From NCBI GenBank assembly GCA_038046645.1, contig JBBSVU010000012.1, forward strand, positions 1 to 16,410: 16,410 bases of DNA, read 5' to 3'. The notes below the pieces were generated by a model, which ran no database searches, was not told the origin of the DNA, and worked only from the letters and a program-made list of their open reading frames with translations. A program made the position numbers and the translations under genes. Origin of the DNA: an archaeon (lineage in GTDB: Archaea; Iainarchaeota; Iainarchaeia; Iainarchaeales; 0-14-0-20-34-12). Positions within the stretch are counted from its first letter, which is position 1. Each line of letters opens with the position of its first letter. Below are positions 7,248-16,409 of the stretch, in pieces.

Positions 7248-7796
7248 TCAACTTTTTTGGTTATTTTTCAGCAGTTCTTTTTTTGCGCATTCTGCGCATA
7301 GGCCCAAATTAAGTGCAATGGGATTCCCACAAATTTTACATTTTCCGGATTTTTCAGTTTTTAATGATGAAAGTGTAATAAGCATTTTTTTCAAAACCTG
7401 CGCATGCAATTTTTCATTGTCTGCAAAAGCATAGAACATTTTTTTAGTGTCTGCATCCTGCACAAAGCCCGCACAATCAATATATCTCTTATATTGTATT
7501 TCTTCCCCGCTTAGTGCTTTGTTGATTATTGTTTTTGCATCCATCTTCTCCTCCAATCGGTACGGTTTGAATCCATTAATTTTAATATCAAGCTCTTCCA
7601 TCTGTTTTGAATTAAAATTCTTGGAAATAAGTTTCTTTAGGCCTTCCTTGTGGCTGTATTCATTTGATTCAAATAACTTGAAGTATCTCTTGAATTCATT
7701 GTTTTCAATTATCCTTGCGGCATCACTATAACTTTGTATCGCCTGCATCTCCGCAAGCAATGCATTGATTATGCAATCCTTGTCTTTTGTTTCCAT
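7248..7796 (-). CDS. Ferritin-like/rubrerythrin-type di-iron protein with C-terminal CxxC...CxxC finger
   Basis: Repeated AL..E...Y...ExxH pattern (NEYSH, NEKLH); C-terminal CKIC...CAEC; GGTGA SD. Confidence 0.8.
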   Translation of the reverse strand: METKDKDCIINALLAEMQAIQSYSDAARIIENNEFKRYFKLFESNEYSHKEGLKKLISKNFNSKQMEELDIKINGFKPYRLEEKMDAKTIINKALSGEEIQYKRYIDCAGFVQDADTKKMFYAFADNEKLHAQVLKKMLITLSSLKTEKSGKCKICGNPIALNLGLCAECAKKELLKNNQKS

Positions 7797-7867
7797 TCTT
7801 TCACCAATATGCCATATTGATTGAATAAGGTACTATTTTAAATATAATTTATCTTATTTTTTCAACA

Positions 7868-8803
7868 ATGATTGATATTTTTTTTATATTGTTGACAATT
7901 CTTGGATTAATGCTCTTTGAGACAATTACCTCAATAGACAATGCTGTTGTGAATGCAGATGTTCTCTCTACTATGTCCCAAAAAGCCAGGAAATGGTTTC
8001 TTTTTTGGGGGCTTATATTTGCCGTATTTGTAATTAGGGGCATACTTCCTTGGCTTATTGTATGGGTTGCTAATCCTTCATTAAACCCAATAGAAGCGCT
8101 CACTGCTACCTTTAGCTCGGATCCTTTAGTAATGGAATCTATTGAAATGTCAAAACCAATTCTTCTTATTGGGGGAGGAATCTTCCTTATCTTTTTGTTC
8201 TTCCACTGGCTTTTTATTGAGCCTAAGCATTATGGCCTAAAAGGAGAGGAAATCATCCACAAGAATTATGGTTTGTGGTTCTTTGCAATTGTTTCAATTA
8301 TGCTTTCCTTAATTGTCTGGTTTGCAATAAATAAAAATCCGATGATGGCATTTGGTGCTGTTGTCGGCTCAACCGCATTTTTCATTACCCATGGTTTTAA
8401 GGAAAATGCAGAATCTAAAGAAAAAGAATTATTAAGTGGGCATCCCATGAGTGATTTAAGCAAAATATTATACCTTGAAGTAATTGATGCAACATTTTCA
8501 ATTGACGGCGTAATTGGAGCTTTTGCATTCACTATGTCCGTTCCATTAATAATACTTGGAAATGGCCTCGGAGCTTTTGTGGTAAGGGAATTCACAATTC
8601 ATAACATTGAAAATGTTAAAAAATACAAATATCTGAAAAATGGGGCAATGTATTCAATATTCTTTTTAGGGCTGATAATGCTTTTAGATAGTTTCGGGAT
8701 TGAAATTCCGCAGTATATTTCGCCAATAATCACTTTTGCAGTAATTGGTTACTTCTTCTGGAAATCAAAAAAAGTGCTTGCAAAGGAAAATCCGAATAAT
8801 TAG
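7868..8803 (+). CDS. DUF475 / TerC-like integral membrane protein
   Basis: FETITSIDNAVVNA, FLFWGLIFAVFVIR, YLEVIDATFSIDGVIGAFA, YKYLKNGAMYSI motifs. Confidence 0.9.
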   Translation: MIDIFFILLTILGLMLFETITSIDNAVVNADVLSTMSQKARKWFLFWGLIFAVFVIRGILPWLIVWVANPSLNPIEALTATFSSDPLVMESIEMSKPILLIGGGIFLIFLFFHWLFIEPKHYGLKGEEIIHKNYGLWFFAIVSIMLSLIVWFAINKNPMMAFGAVVGSTAFFITHGFKENAESKEKELLSGHPMSDLSKILYLEVIDATFSIDGVIGAFAFTMSVPLIILGNGLGAFVVREFTIHNIENVKKYKYLKNGAMYSIFFLGLIMLLDSFGIEIPQYISPIITFAVIGYFFWKSKKVLAKENPNN

Positions 8804-8842
8804 ATTAAGTAGTTTGTATTTGGCATAGAAAACCTGTAGAAC

Positions 8843-9775
8843 CTATTCCCTTAATGCATTCAGGTACTGCTTTTTGAACCTTCTAACTAAGCGAATCGCC
8901 AATGCCCTTGCATTGTTATTATAGTGGCATTTCTCCAAAGCAGTGAAATATTGGTGTTTTTCCTTAGTTTTTATGTCAATCATAGCATAGCCATTTTTGT
9001 GCAATATAAAGTTCATTATTATTCTTGCTGTTCTTCCATTCCCGTCTTGGAATGGGTGTATTCGCACAAGTTTCCAGTGTATCCATGCTGCTAATTCTAA
9101 TGGATGCAGCTCTTTTTTCAGACTTTCATATTCCATGAAATAGTTTTTCATGTCTGTTAATACAAATTGTGGCGGAGTTGTCTCAAAGTGCGATCCTCTT
9201 ACTTTATTTTGGTGTGTTTTGTATTTCCCAGCTATTGCTGGTTTTGTATTCCCAAAATAAATTTCATGAATTTGCAATAATATGCTTTGGCTTAATTCTT
9301 CTTTTTGTTGTTTTACATAAGCAAGTGTTTTCTCAGCAGATTTTGCTTCTAATACCTCGTCCAATGGTTTATTTGGTGAGATATTTTCACTTAACAATAA
9401 CTCAATTTCTTTTGGAGTTAAAGTAGATCCTTCAATAGAGTTAGTATTGTATACAAATGTCATTACAAAGTTCTGGTCAAATTGCTCTTGAACAATTTTC
9501 CCTGCTTGTTTGTATCTTTCCCAGAAATCTTTGTTGATTTTATCAATATCTTCTATTTCATCTTTAGTCAGATAGTGCATACCATGCAGTTTAATCTTTT
9601 CTTTTTCCACTTCTTTTTCGAATTCTGAGATTAAAATCTGCAATTTGGTTTCTGAAGGTTTTTCTGTTCCTATGTATTTTCTAACCTGTTTTCTTCTTCC
9701 TTTAGCTATTTGAATTACTTCGGCTAAATAGTAATAGACATTTTTACCTTTCATTTGTTTTGCTAGATAAGCCAT
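8843..9775 (-). CDS. Fic-family protein (class II) with N-terminal beta-rich basic domain
   Basis: HPFQDGNGRTAR Fic motif; TNSIEG autoinhibitory motif; likely ATG at 9775 (track uses GTG 9793). Confidence 0.92.
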   Translation of the reverse strand: MAYLAKQMKGKNVYYYLAEVIQIAKGRRKQVRKYIGTEKPSETKLQILISEFEKEVEKEKIKLHGMHYLTKDEIEDIDKINKDFWERYKQAGKIVQEQFDQNFVMTFVYNTNSIEGSTLTPKEIELLLSENISPNKPLDEVLEAKSAEKTLAYVKQQKEELSQSILLQIHEIYFGNTKPAIAGKYKTHQNKVRGSHFETTPPQFVLTDMKNYFMEYESLKKELHPLELAAWIHWKLVRIHPFQDGNGRTARIIMNFILHKNGYAMIDIKTKEKHQYFTALEKCHYNNNARALAIRLVRRFKKQYLNALRE

Positions 9776-9859
9776 AAAATAGTTATTACACAAATCTGTT
9801 TAAAAAGCTATGTGTAATATAAAAAAATGTATAATAAATCCCTTTCTCTAAAATAAGAT

Positions 9860-10072
9860 TCCCGCCTCCCTGACTTGCACAGGGGATTTCCCGGTTTCCG
9901 CTATATTGCGGAATGCCAACAGTGCATTCACTTTGGCACTCTTCAGCTTTACAGCTGATAAACACCTTGATCAAATTTCTTTCTTTTTGAACCCAAGGGC
10001 CTTTTTCTTTCTTTTCAAGAAAGAAAAAGGGGCTTCTACAGCCGAGCGCTTTTGCTACTAAGCTAAGGCGGG
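9860..10072 (-). tRNA. tRNA-Tyr(GUA) with a 140-nt intron at position 37/38
   Basis: 5' exon 10072-10036 CCCGCCTTAGCTTAGTAGCAAAAGCGCTCGGCTGTAG; 3' exon 9895-9860 ACCGGGAAATCCCCTGTGCAAGTCAGGGAGGCGGGA; acceptor CCCGCCT/AGGCGGG, D stem GCTT/AAGC, anticodon stem CTCGG/CCGGG, T stem CCCTG/CAGGG; C1-G72, A73, no encoded CCA. Confidence 0.93.
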
Positions 10073-10196
10073 ACATCGTGTTGAACAAGATAAATATATG
10101 TTCAAACTATGTGCATTTTCCCAATAATTATATTTTCAACACGATGGGAAAACACATTGTTTATATTATTGAACAATACAATAATAACCCACTATT

Positions 10197-11072
10197 TTAC
10201 TTTAAAACCCTATGGTTTAATGCAGGATTCAATAAGGTAATCCAAAGCCCAATGCTGAAGAAAATCAGCATCTTTATTGGTTCAAATTCTTTTAGCAGGA
10301 ATATTGCTGCAACTAAAACGCCCAAGCCAATAAATCCAGTAATTATTTCTGTTTTTCTGTGGTCTGTTTCTAATTCTAGTTTTAGTGTCTTTGTAAAAAA
10401 TAGCCCTATGTAATATCCAAGTAAAACAAAGCCTATGCTGTATGAACCTAAATACATTAATGCAGCAATAAATAAAATCCCCGCTATGATTAATGCCCTG
10501 ATTTTATTTTTTGTAATGTCAATCTTCCTGCTCCCACTTTTTCCTTTTATGTACAAATTAAATCTGCCTATAATAATGCCTAAAGCTGCGCCCATAATTA
10601 CATCGCTTGGGAAATGCATCCCTAAATACAGCCTTGAAATCATGACAAGAATCAACATTAAAATTAACATTGTTTTAATCAGTTTCCCTCCAAGATGAAG
10701 GCCATAGGATGCAATAGCTCCAGATAATGTTGAATGCCCGCTTGGAAATGAAAATGAATAATTATAATTCTTTTCCAATACATTTTGCAATAAGCCTTTT
10801 TTGACTAAGAATTCATTTTCAGAAGGCCTGGTTCTTTGCACAATTGCCTTTAGTGAATCAGAAACAAAAGCGCTTAATGCAATAATATTTATTAAGAAAA
10901 GGGAATCATGCTCCCTTTCATCCCAGTAAAGATAAGCGGCAATCAAAAACCAGGGGATTGGGTCGCCAAAAAATGTTACAATCTGCATTAAAATATCTAA
11001 ATTTGCATTCTGCACTGCTTGTATTGCATGCAGCCAAAAATTGTCAAATGCAGAAATATTTTCTAAAACCAT
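10197..11072 (-). CDS. PAP2-family membrane phosphatase
   Basis: KAIVQRTRP, FPSGH, SRLYLGMHFPSDV motifs; multiple TM helices. Confidence 0.92.
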   Translation of the reverse strand: MVLENISAFDNFWLHAIQAVQNANLDILMQIVTFFGDPIPWFLIAAYLYWDEREHDSLFLINIIALSAFVSDSLKAIVQRTRPSENEFLVKKGLLQNVLEKNYNYSFSFPSGHSTLSGAIASYGLHLGGKLIKTMLILMLILVMISRLYLGMHFPSDVIMGAALGIIIGRFNLYIKGKSGSRKIDITKNKIRALIIAGILFIAALMYLGSYSIGFVLLGYYIGLFFTKTLKLELETDHRKTEIITGFIGLGVLVAAIFLLKEFEPIKMLIFFSIGLWITLLNPALNHRVLK

Positions 11073-11139
11073 AAATAATCAATGTTCCTGAAATTAAAAT
11101 AATTTGTGTTTTTATCCAATCTTGATTTTTATTTAAGCA

Positions 11140-12864
11140 TTATGGGTTGTAAGGATCCCTTGTGAAATATTTTGTATGCATATAGTTATGTGAAATTTCG
11201 CTTCCAGGCTCTTTAAGGAATTTTTCATATATGCTTATTATATTGGGATTCTCATAGCTTGTCCTTAATTTTGAATCGCTATCAATTTTGTAAATAGCAT
11301 CCATTCTTTTCTGTATTAATTCCTTGGTCGTAGGGATAGGTTGCCCTCCTCCACCAATGCATCCGCCGTAGCAGGCCATTACTTCAATAATATCAACTTT
11401 TATTTCCCCGCTTCTCACTTTTTTCAGCAAATCATCAGCCCTTCCCAAACCATGCACTATCGCTAATTTTATTTTTTTCCCATCAAGTTCTGCTTCTGCA
11501 ATCTTAGTCCCTTCCATCCCTCTCAAGCTTTCAAATTCCAGTTTTTTCAATTTTTTTCCAGTAATCATAAATCCCGCGGTCCTTAAAACAGATTCCGCTA
11601 CCCCGCCTGTAGCACCAAATAATGTTCCTGCAGATGATGCGGTTTCAATCGGATTATCAAAAGCACTTTCCTGCAATTGGTCTATTTTAATGCCTGTCAT
11701 TTTCAGCATTGAAGCTAATTCCCTTGTCGTTAAGACATAATCGACATTTTTCATCAAATCATTTTTCATTTCTACCCTGTTGCATTCATTTTTTTTGGCT
11801 GTGCATGGCATAATTGAAACAACAACAATATTTTTAGGGTCGATTCCCTTTTCTTTTGCATAATATGTTTTTATCAAAGAGCCAAGCATGATGTGCGGGC
11901 TTTTGCAGGTTGACATATTTTTTATGAAATCATGCTGGAAGAACTCACAATAATTTACCCAGCCAGGGCAGCATGATGTTATTAATGGCAATTTTTCTTT
12001 TTCCTTGTTTTTTAAGCGTTCAATGAATTCATGCGCTTCTTCCATTGTTGTTAAATCAGCACCTGTAGCTGTATCAAGGACAGCATCAAAACCTAACATC
12101 TTTAATGCAGTAACAAGCTTTCCAGTCAATACTGTTCCTGGTTCTAACCCTAAGGACTCACCAACAGAAACCCTGATAGCAGGTGCTATCTGAACCACAA
12201 CATGTTTTGTTGAATCATTTACTGCATGCATTACCTCCATTGTCTGGTCTCTTTCAGTGATTGAAGCAACAGGGCAATGCAAAGCGCACTGGCCGCAGGA
12301 TACGCAAGGGGTATTGCTCAGGATATTGTTGAATGCCGGAGTAATGATTGTTTTAAATCCGCGGTTGGTGTATTCAAGTATGCTTACATGCTGCTTATCG
12401 CAGGCTTCAACACAACGGTTGCAGAGGATGCATTTATTTGGTTCCCTTACAATTGAAAGTGAAGAATAATCTGCTTTCAAATTTCTTGTCTCACCTTGAA
12501 TTTCTTCTTTTTTAACATTCATTTCTTCAGCTAATTTCTCCAATTCACAGTAACCATTCCTTATGCAGCTTTCGCATGCAAAAGGATGGTTTGCCAAAAT
12601 TAATTTTAAATTTATTTTTCTTTCATTCAAAACGCGTTCATTATGCGTTAAAATTTTCATGCCCTCTCTCACAGGGGTGTTGCATGATGTAATAATTTTT
12701 CCATCAGCTTCAACAACACACAATCTGCATACTGCCCATGGCTTTAAATCAGGATGATGGCATAAGCTAGGGATTTTAATCCCAATATCCTTTATTGCAT
12801 CAATTAGCATTTCTTTGTCAGTCCTAACTTCTTTATTGTCAATAAATATTGTTTTTTCAGTCAT
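11140..12864 (-). CDS. hydA: [FeFe]-hydrogenase catalytic subunit (group A, trimeric type)
   Basis: H-cluster motifs TSCCPGW, MPCTAKKNE, EVMACYGGCIGGGGQP; N-terminal [2Fe-2S], His-ligated (HPFACESC...C) and 2x[4Fe-4S] motifs; ATG at 12864 overlaps the hydB stop (ATGA). Confidence 0.95.
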   Translation of the reverse strand: MTEKTIFIDNKEVRTDKEMLIDAIKDIGIKIPSLCHHPDLKPWAVCRLCVVEADGKIITSCNTPVREGMKILTHNERVLNERKINLKLILANHPFACESCIRNGYCELEKLAEEMNVKKEEIQGETRNLKADYSSLSIVREPNKCILCNRCVEACDKQHVSILEYTNRGFKTIITPAFNNILSNTPCVSCGQCALHCPVASITERDQTMEVMHAVNDSTKHVVVQIAPAIRVSVGESLGLEPGTVLTGKLVTALKMLGFDAVLDTATGADLTTMEEAHEFIERLKNKEKEKLPLITSCCPGWVNYCEFFQHDFIKNMSTCKSPHIMLGSLIKTYYAKEKGIDPKNIVVVSIMPCTAKKNECNRVEMKNDLMKNVDYVLTTRELASMLKMTGIKIDQLQESAFDNPIETASSAGTLFGATGGVAESVLRTAGFMITGKKLKKLEFESLRGMEGTKIAEAELDGKKIKLAIVHGLGRADDLLKKVRSGEIKVDIIEVMACYGGCIGGGGQPIPTTKELIQKRMDAIYKIDSDSKLRTSYENPNIISIYEKFLKEPGSEISHNYMHTKYFTRDPYNP

Positions 12865-14624
12865 ATTGCCTTCTCCATCTTTACCAAATTGACTGCATTT
12901 ACCGGGCATATTTTAAAGCAGCGGCCGCATTTAATGCATCTGGATTCATCTATTTGATGCACTTCAAATTTCTTTCCCCTTATTGCCTTCATTGGGCACA
13001 ATTCACTGCATTTATCGCAGCCTGTGCATTTTACTTCATCAATATCATACATTGCCAACTCATTTGCAATTGATAATGCTCCTTGCAATTTGTCAATATA
13101 TTCTGCTTTGAAATATTTCAGTATTGAAAGCAAAGGGTTTGGTGCTGATTGCCCCAATCCGCACAAAGAAGTATCCTTTACAGTATATGCAATATGCTCC
13201 AATGTTACCAAATCTTCCGGCTTACCTTCATTCTTCAGTATTTTTTCAACAATCTCAAGCATCCTTTTTGTGCCTTCCCTGCACGGCACGCATTTACCGC
13301 AGCTTTCAGATACGCTGAATGCTAACATATTTTTTGCAAATTCAACCATATCCTGGTCTTTATTCAGGATAATCATGCTTCCAGAACCCAATGTAACATT
13401 AACCGATTTTAAGTTATCGTAATCCAATTGCAAATCAAATAATTCTTTTGGCAGGCAAGAGCCTGCTGGCCCCCCCAAATGCATTACCTTAAAGTCCTCT
13501 TCTTTAACATCAGCAATTTCTAAGACCTCTTTCAATTTTATGCCAAAAGGCACTTCAATATAACCAGTTTTTTTCAATGCTCCGCTCAATGAGAATATTT
13601 TTGTCCCTGTGGAATTTTCTGTCCCGAATTTTCTGAAATATTCAGCCCCCTTTGCCAGTATCAATGAAACACAGGCCAAGGTTTCAACATTATTTATTAC
13701 TGTTGGCTTTCCTAATAGCCCTTTATCTGTTGGGTAGGGCGGCCTAGGATAGGGCCTTCCGGTTTTGCCTTCCAGGGATGCAATTAATGCTGTTTCTTCC
13801 CCGCAAACAAAAGCGCCCGCACCCAATTTTATTTCAATATCAAAAGAAAATCCCGAATTCAAAATATTGTTCCCTAAATATCCTTTTTTTGTTGCGTTTT
13901 TTATCGCTTCAGTTAATCTTACTACAGCCAAGGGATATTCTGACCTGATGTAAATTATCCCCTGCCTTGCATTTATTGCATAGCCTGCAATAGTCAATCC
14001 TTCAATTACTGATAATGGGTCAGATTCAAGCAAAATCCTGTTCATGAAAGCTCCTGGATCCCCTTCATCAGCATTGCATATCATAAATGGGCGTTCTTTT
14101 GCATTTTTTACAAACGACCATTTTTTGCCTGTTGAAAATCCTGCCCCTCCTCTTCCCCGTAACCCTGATTTTTCCACTTCGTTAATTACCTCATCCTTTT
14201 TCATTGTCAAGGCTTTTTTTAATCCTTCATATCCTCCACTTTTAACATATTCATTAACATCAGCAGGATCAATTATTCCGCATCTATGGCTCAAAATCTT
14301 CTGCTGTTTTTTGTAAAAACAAATATCCTCAATATATTTTACTTTTGGATACCAGGATTTTCCGTCCTTCCTTTTTGCAAGAATTTTCCTATGGCTCTTT
14401 CCTGATTTTATAGCTTTTAAAATCTCAGGCAAATCCCTTGTTTTTACCCCACAAAAAATTATTGTTTCATAATTATCCTTTTTGAATTCAACAATTGGCT
14501 CAAGATAGCATATTCCAATACAGCCTACTCTTTTTGTCTTTATGCCTTTTTTGTGCAGTGCTTTCTGCAATTCATCAGCCCCTGCGGCAATTCCGCAGGA
14601 TGCTAACCCGATAGTTGCAATCAT
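12861..14624 (-). CDS. hydB: NuoF-like FMN/NADH-binding hydrogenase subunit
   Basis: GLRGRGGAGF, CNADEGDPGAFM, GAGAFVCGEETALIASLEG, SCGKCVPCREG...CGLG; N-terminal Cys-containing thioredoxin-like domain; C-terminal 2x[4Fe-4S]. Confidence 0.93.
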   Translation of the reverse strand: MIATIGLASCGIAAGADELQKALHKKGIKTKRVGCIGICYLEPIVEFKKDNYETIIFCGVKTRDLPEILKAIKSGKSHRKILAKRKDGKSWYPKVKYIEDICFYKKQQKILSHRCGIIDPADVNEYVKSGGYEGLKKALTMKKDEVINEVEKSGLRGRGGAGFSTGKKWSFVKNAKERPFMICNADEGDPGAFMNRILLESDPLSVIEGLTIAGYAINARQGIIYIRSEYPLAVVRLTEAIKNATKKGYLGNNILNSGFSFDIEIKLGAGAFVCGEETALIASLEGKTGRPYPRPPYPTDKGLLGKPTVINNVETLACVSLILAKGAEYFRKFGTENSTGTKIFSLSGALKKTGYIEVPFGIKLKEVLEIADVKEEDFKVMHLGGPAGSCLPKELFDLQLDYDNLKSVNVTLGSGSMIILNKDQDMVEFAKNMLAFSVSESCGKCVPCREGTKRMLEIVEKILKNEGKPEDLVTLEHIAYTVKDTSLCGLGQSAPNPLLSILKYFKAEYIDKLQGALSIANELAMYDIDEVKCTGCDKCSELCPMKAIRGKKFEVHQIDESRCIKCGRCFKICPVNAVNLVKMEKAI

Positions 14625-15079
14625 CTTTCCGCCTTTCTTATTTTTTCAATCAGTTCTGAAAGTTTCTCTATGCTGACATTAGGGTAAATCTTGCCGTCAA
14701 TGCTTACTACTGGGGCTAGGCTGCATGTGCCCAGGCAGTTTACCCCTTCTAAAGTGAATAAATTATCCGGAGTTGTTTTTCCAGGCACCAGATTTAATTC
14801 TGTTTTTAAGAAATTCAGGTTTACATTGTTCCCCTTTACTAAACAAGCTGTGCCAGTGCATAGCCTAATTACGTGCTTGCCTCTTTGCTCTAGCCTGAAT
14901 TCTGAATAAAAAGTAGCTACTGAATATATCTTTGCCAAAGGGATTTCCTTTGCTTTTGATACATATTCAAGGTTTTCCCTTGATAAGAACTGTTCCCTGT
15001 GCTGTACCTCTAATAGAACCTCAAGCAGGCCTTTATGGTCATTCTCTTTTAACCAGGATTCTAACCATTTTGAATACAT
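14621..15079 (-). CDS. hydC: NuoE-like [2Fe-2S] hydrogenase subunit
   Basis: VATFYSEF, CTGTAC...CLGTCSLAP; stop overlaps the hydB start (ATGA). Confidence 0.93.
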   Translation of the reverse strand: MYSKWLESWLKENDHKGLLEVLLEVQHREQFLSRENLEYVSKAKEIPLAKIYSVATFYSEFRLEQRGKHVIRLCTGTACLVKGNNVNLNFLKTELNLVPGKTTPDNLFTLEGVNCLGTCSLAPVVSIDGKIYPNVSIEKLSELIEKIRKAER

Positions 15080-15252
15080 TTAAATCAATTCAAATAATGC
15101 AGATTATATAGTTATATGCTAAGACAATCTGGAAGCTCTGCCTTTTAAACTTTCTGGCAATCGTTAAAAGCTACTTCGTTGATTGCCTATATTTTTATCC
15201 AATTTTTTTCTGTTTTACATTTTTATAGGTAATGCAACTATTATTAAATACT

Positions 15253-15272
15253 TGTAAACAGTATTGTTTACA
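15253..15272. promoter_or_regulatory. Palindromic operator of the TA operon
   Basis: TGTAAACA-gtat-TGTTTACA immediately before the GGTGA SD of the RHH gene. Confidence 0.65.
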
Positions 15273-15282
15273 GGTGAATTAA

Positions 15283-15507
15283 ATGTCTCAAGTTCAAGTA
15301 CAATTAAGGGTTCCAAAAGAGGCAATAAAAGATATTGATTCTATGGTTAAAACTGGCAGATTTAAGAGTAGAAGTGATGCCATAAAAACCATGATTTTTG
15401 CTTTTGAGGAAAGAGAAAAAACAAGGGCTTTTTACAATATGCTAACGAAAAGAAGCAAAGAAGCCTTAGAGGAACCGAATAAGCTTATTAAATTTAGTGA
15501 CTTATAA
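15283..15507 (+). CDS. Ribbon-helix-helix (CopG/Arc/MetJ) antitoxin
   Basis: VQVQLRVPKEAIKDIDSMVKTGRFKSRSDAIK; stop overlaps the toxin start (TAATG). Confidence 0.85.
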   Translation: MSQVQVQLRVPKEAIKDIDSMVKTGRFKSRSDAIKTMIFAFEEREKTRAFYNMLTKRSKEALEEPNKLIKFSDL

Positions 15508-15773
15508 TGCCTTTCCAAATCTGTTTCCATGCTAAAGCAGCTTCTGAATTTAAAAAGTTTGATAATTCAATACAAGAAAGATTAAAAAAAGAAATAAAAG
15601 CACTTGAAACAAATCCGGAGAAAGGAAAACATTTACATTACTGCAATTTTTGGAGCTTAAGGATTGGGGATTATCGGGCAATTTATGAAATTAAAAAACC
15701 AGAGGATAAAATAATTATCCTTTACTTAGGCCACAGGAAAAACATTTATTCTGATTTTACCAAGCTTTTTTAG
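15507..15773 (+). CDS. relE: RelE/ParE-family toxin
   Basis: 88 aa; NPEKGKHL...WSLRIGDYRAIYEI...LGHRKNIY. Confidence 0.88.
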   Translation: MPFQICFHAKAASEFKKFDNSIQERLKKEIKALETNPEKGKHLHYCNFWSLRIGDYRAIYEIKKPEDKIIILYLGHRKNIYSDFTKLF

Positions 15774-16409
15774 TTAAGAACTAGAGGTTGTTGGCTCTTC
15801 GCATGCACCAATTTCTTTGTTATCTTTACTAGTTGCCACACAAACTTTGCCTAATGACGAACAATCATGGCTTTCTAATTTGACCAGCCCATTTTCGCAA
15901 TAGTATTCAAAAAGCATCCCATACTCATTACACCAATCCCAATTGTTTATATTACTTCCATCAATATTTATCCCAGATAAAGCAGAACCAACTAAGGGAT
16001 TATTCCCACCATCGGTCTCATTACAGTAATAATTTTCCACAGGCGTTATGCATGTGCCGTCATAGCATACTTTCCCTTCGCCAGAACAATCATGATTATC
16101 CATTATAATCTCTTTATTTTTGCAATAGAATTCAATTAACACATCACTATCATTATTACAATAATCACTATTTTTTCCTGATTCTCCAAACTTAGTGGTA
16201 AATTCTACTGCCCCCGAATTATAATAATCAAGCCCAGCATCAGTTTCTTCACATTTCTTCAAGCTGTCATCGGGCAAGCTGCACTTCCCAATATCTATTC
16301 CACCCATATCTATTCCACCCATATCTATTCCAAAATATTCATTATAGTTATGATACTCCAGTATACAAGAGGCACCGTCTGCACTGCAGTTATAGCTTGT
16401 ATTAACCAT
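15774..16409 (-). CDS. Cys-rich repeat surface/secreted protein, probably the C-terminal part of a gene starting beyond the window
   Basis: Two repeats of C-x-ETD(A/G)G...DxC...L.E(F/Y)YC...HDCS..GKVC; acidic, Asn-rich; ORF reaches the window edge. Confidence 0.75.
   Translation of the reverse strand: MVNTSYNCSADGASCILEYHNYNEYFGIDMGGIDMGGIDIGKCSLPDDSLKKCEETDAGLDYYNSGAVEFTTKFGESGKNSDYCNNDSDVLIEFYCKNKEIIMDNHDCSGEGKVCYDGTCITPVENYYCNETDGGNNPLVGSALSGINIDGSNINNWDWCNEYGMLFEYYCENGLVKLESHDCSSLGKVCVATSKDNKEIGACEEPTTSSS
16291..16332. repeat. 15-bp tandem repeat (2.8 copies), in frame, encoding GIDMG
   Basis: ATATCTATTCCACCC x2 plus ATATCTATTCCA. Confidence 0.85.

Noticed and set aside
9786..10088. 100-aa ORF on the - strand
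   Set aside because: Overlies tRNA-Tyr and its intron and extends through both exons; no protein motif
12865..12909. 15-aa N-terminal extension of hydA in the ORF track
   Set aside because: Overlaps hydB; ATG at 12864 has GGAGAAGG upstream and an ATGA coupling
12861..15079. Respiratory complex I nuoEF
   Set aside because: Coupled to an H-cluster subunit; no membrane nuo genes in the window
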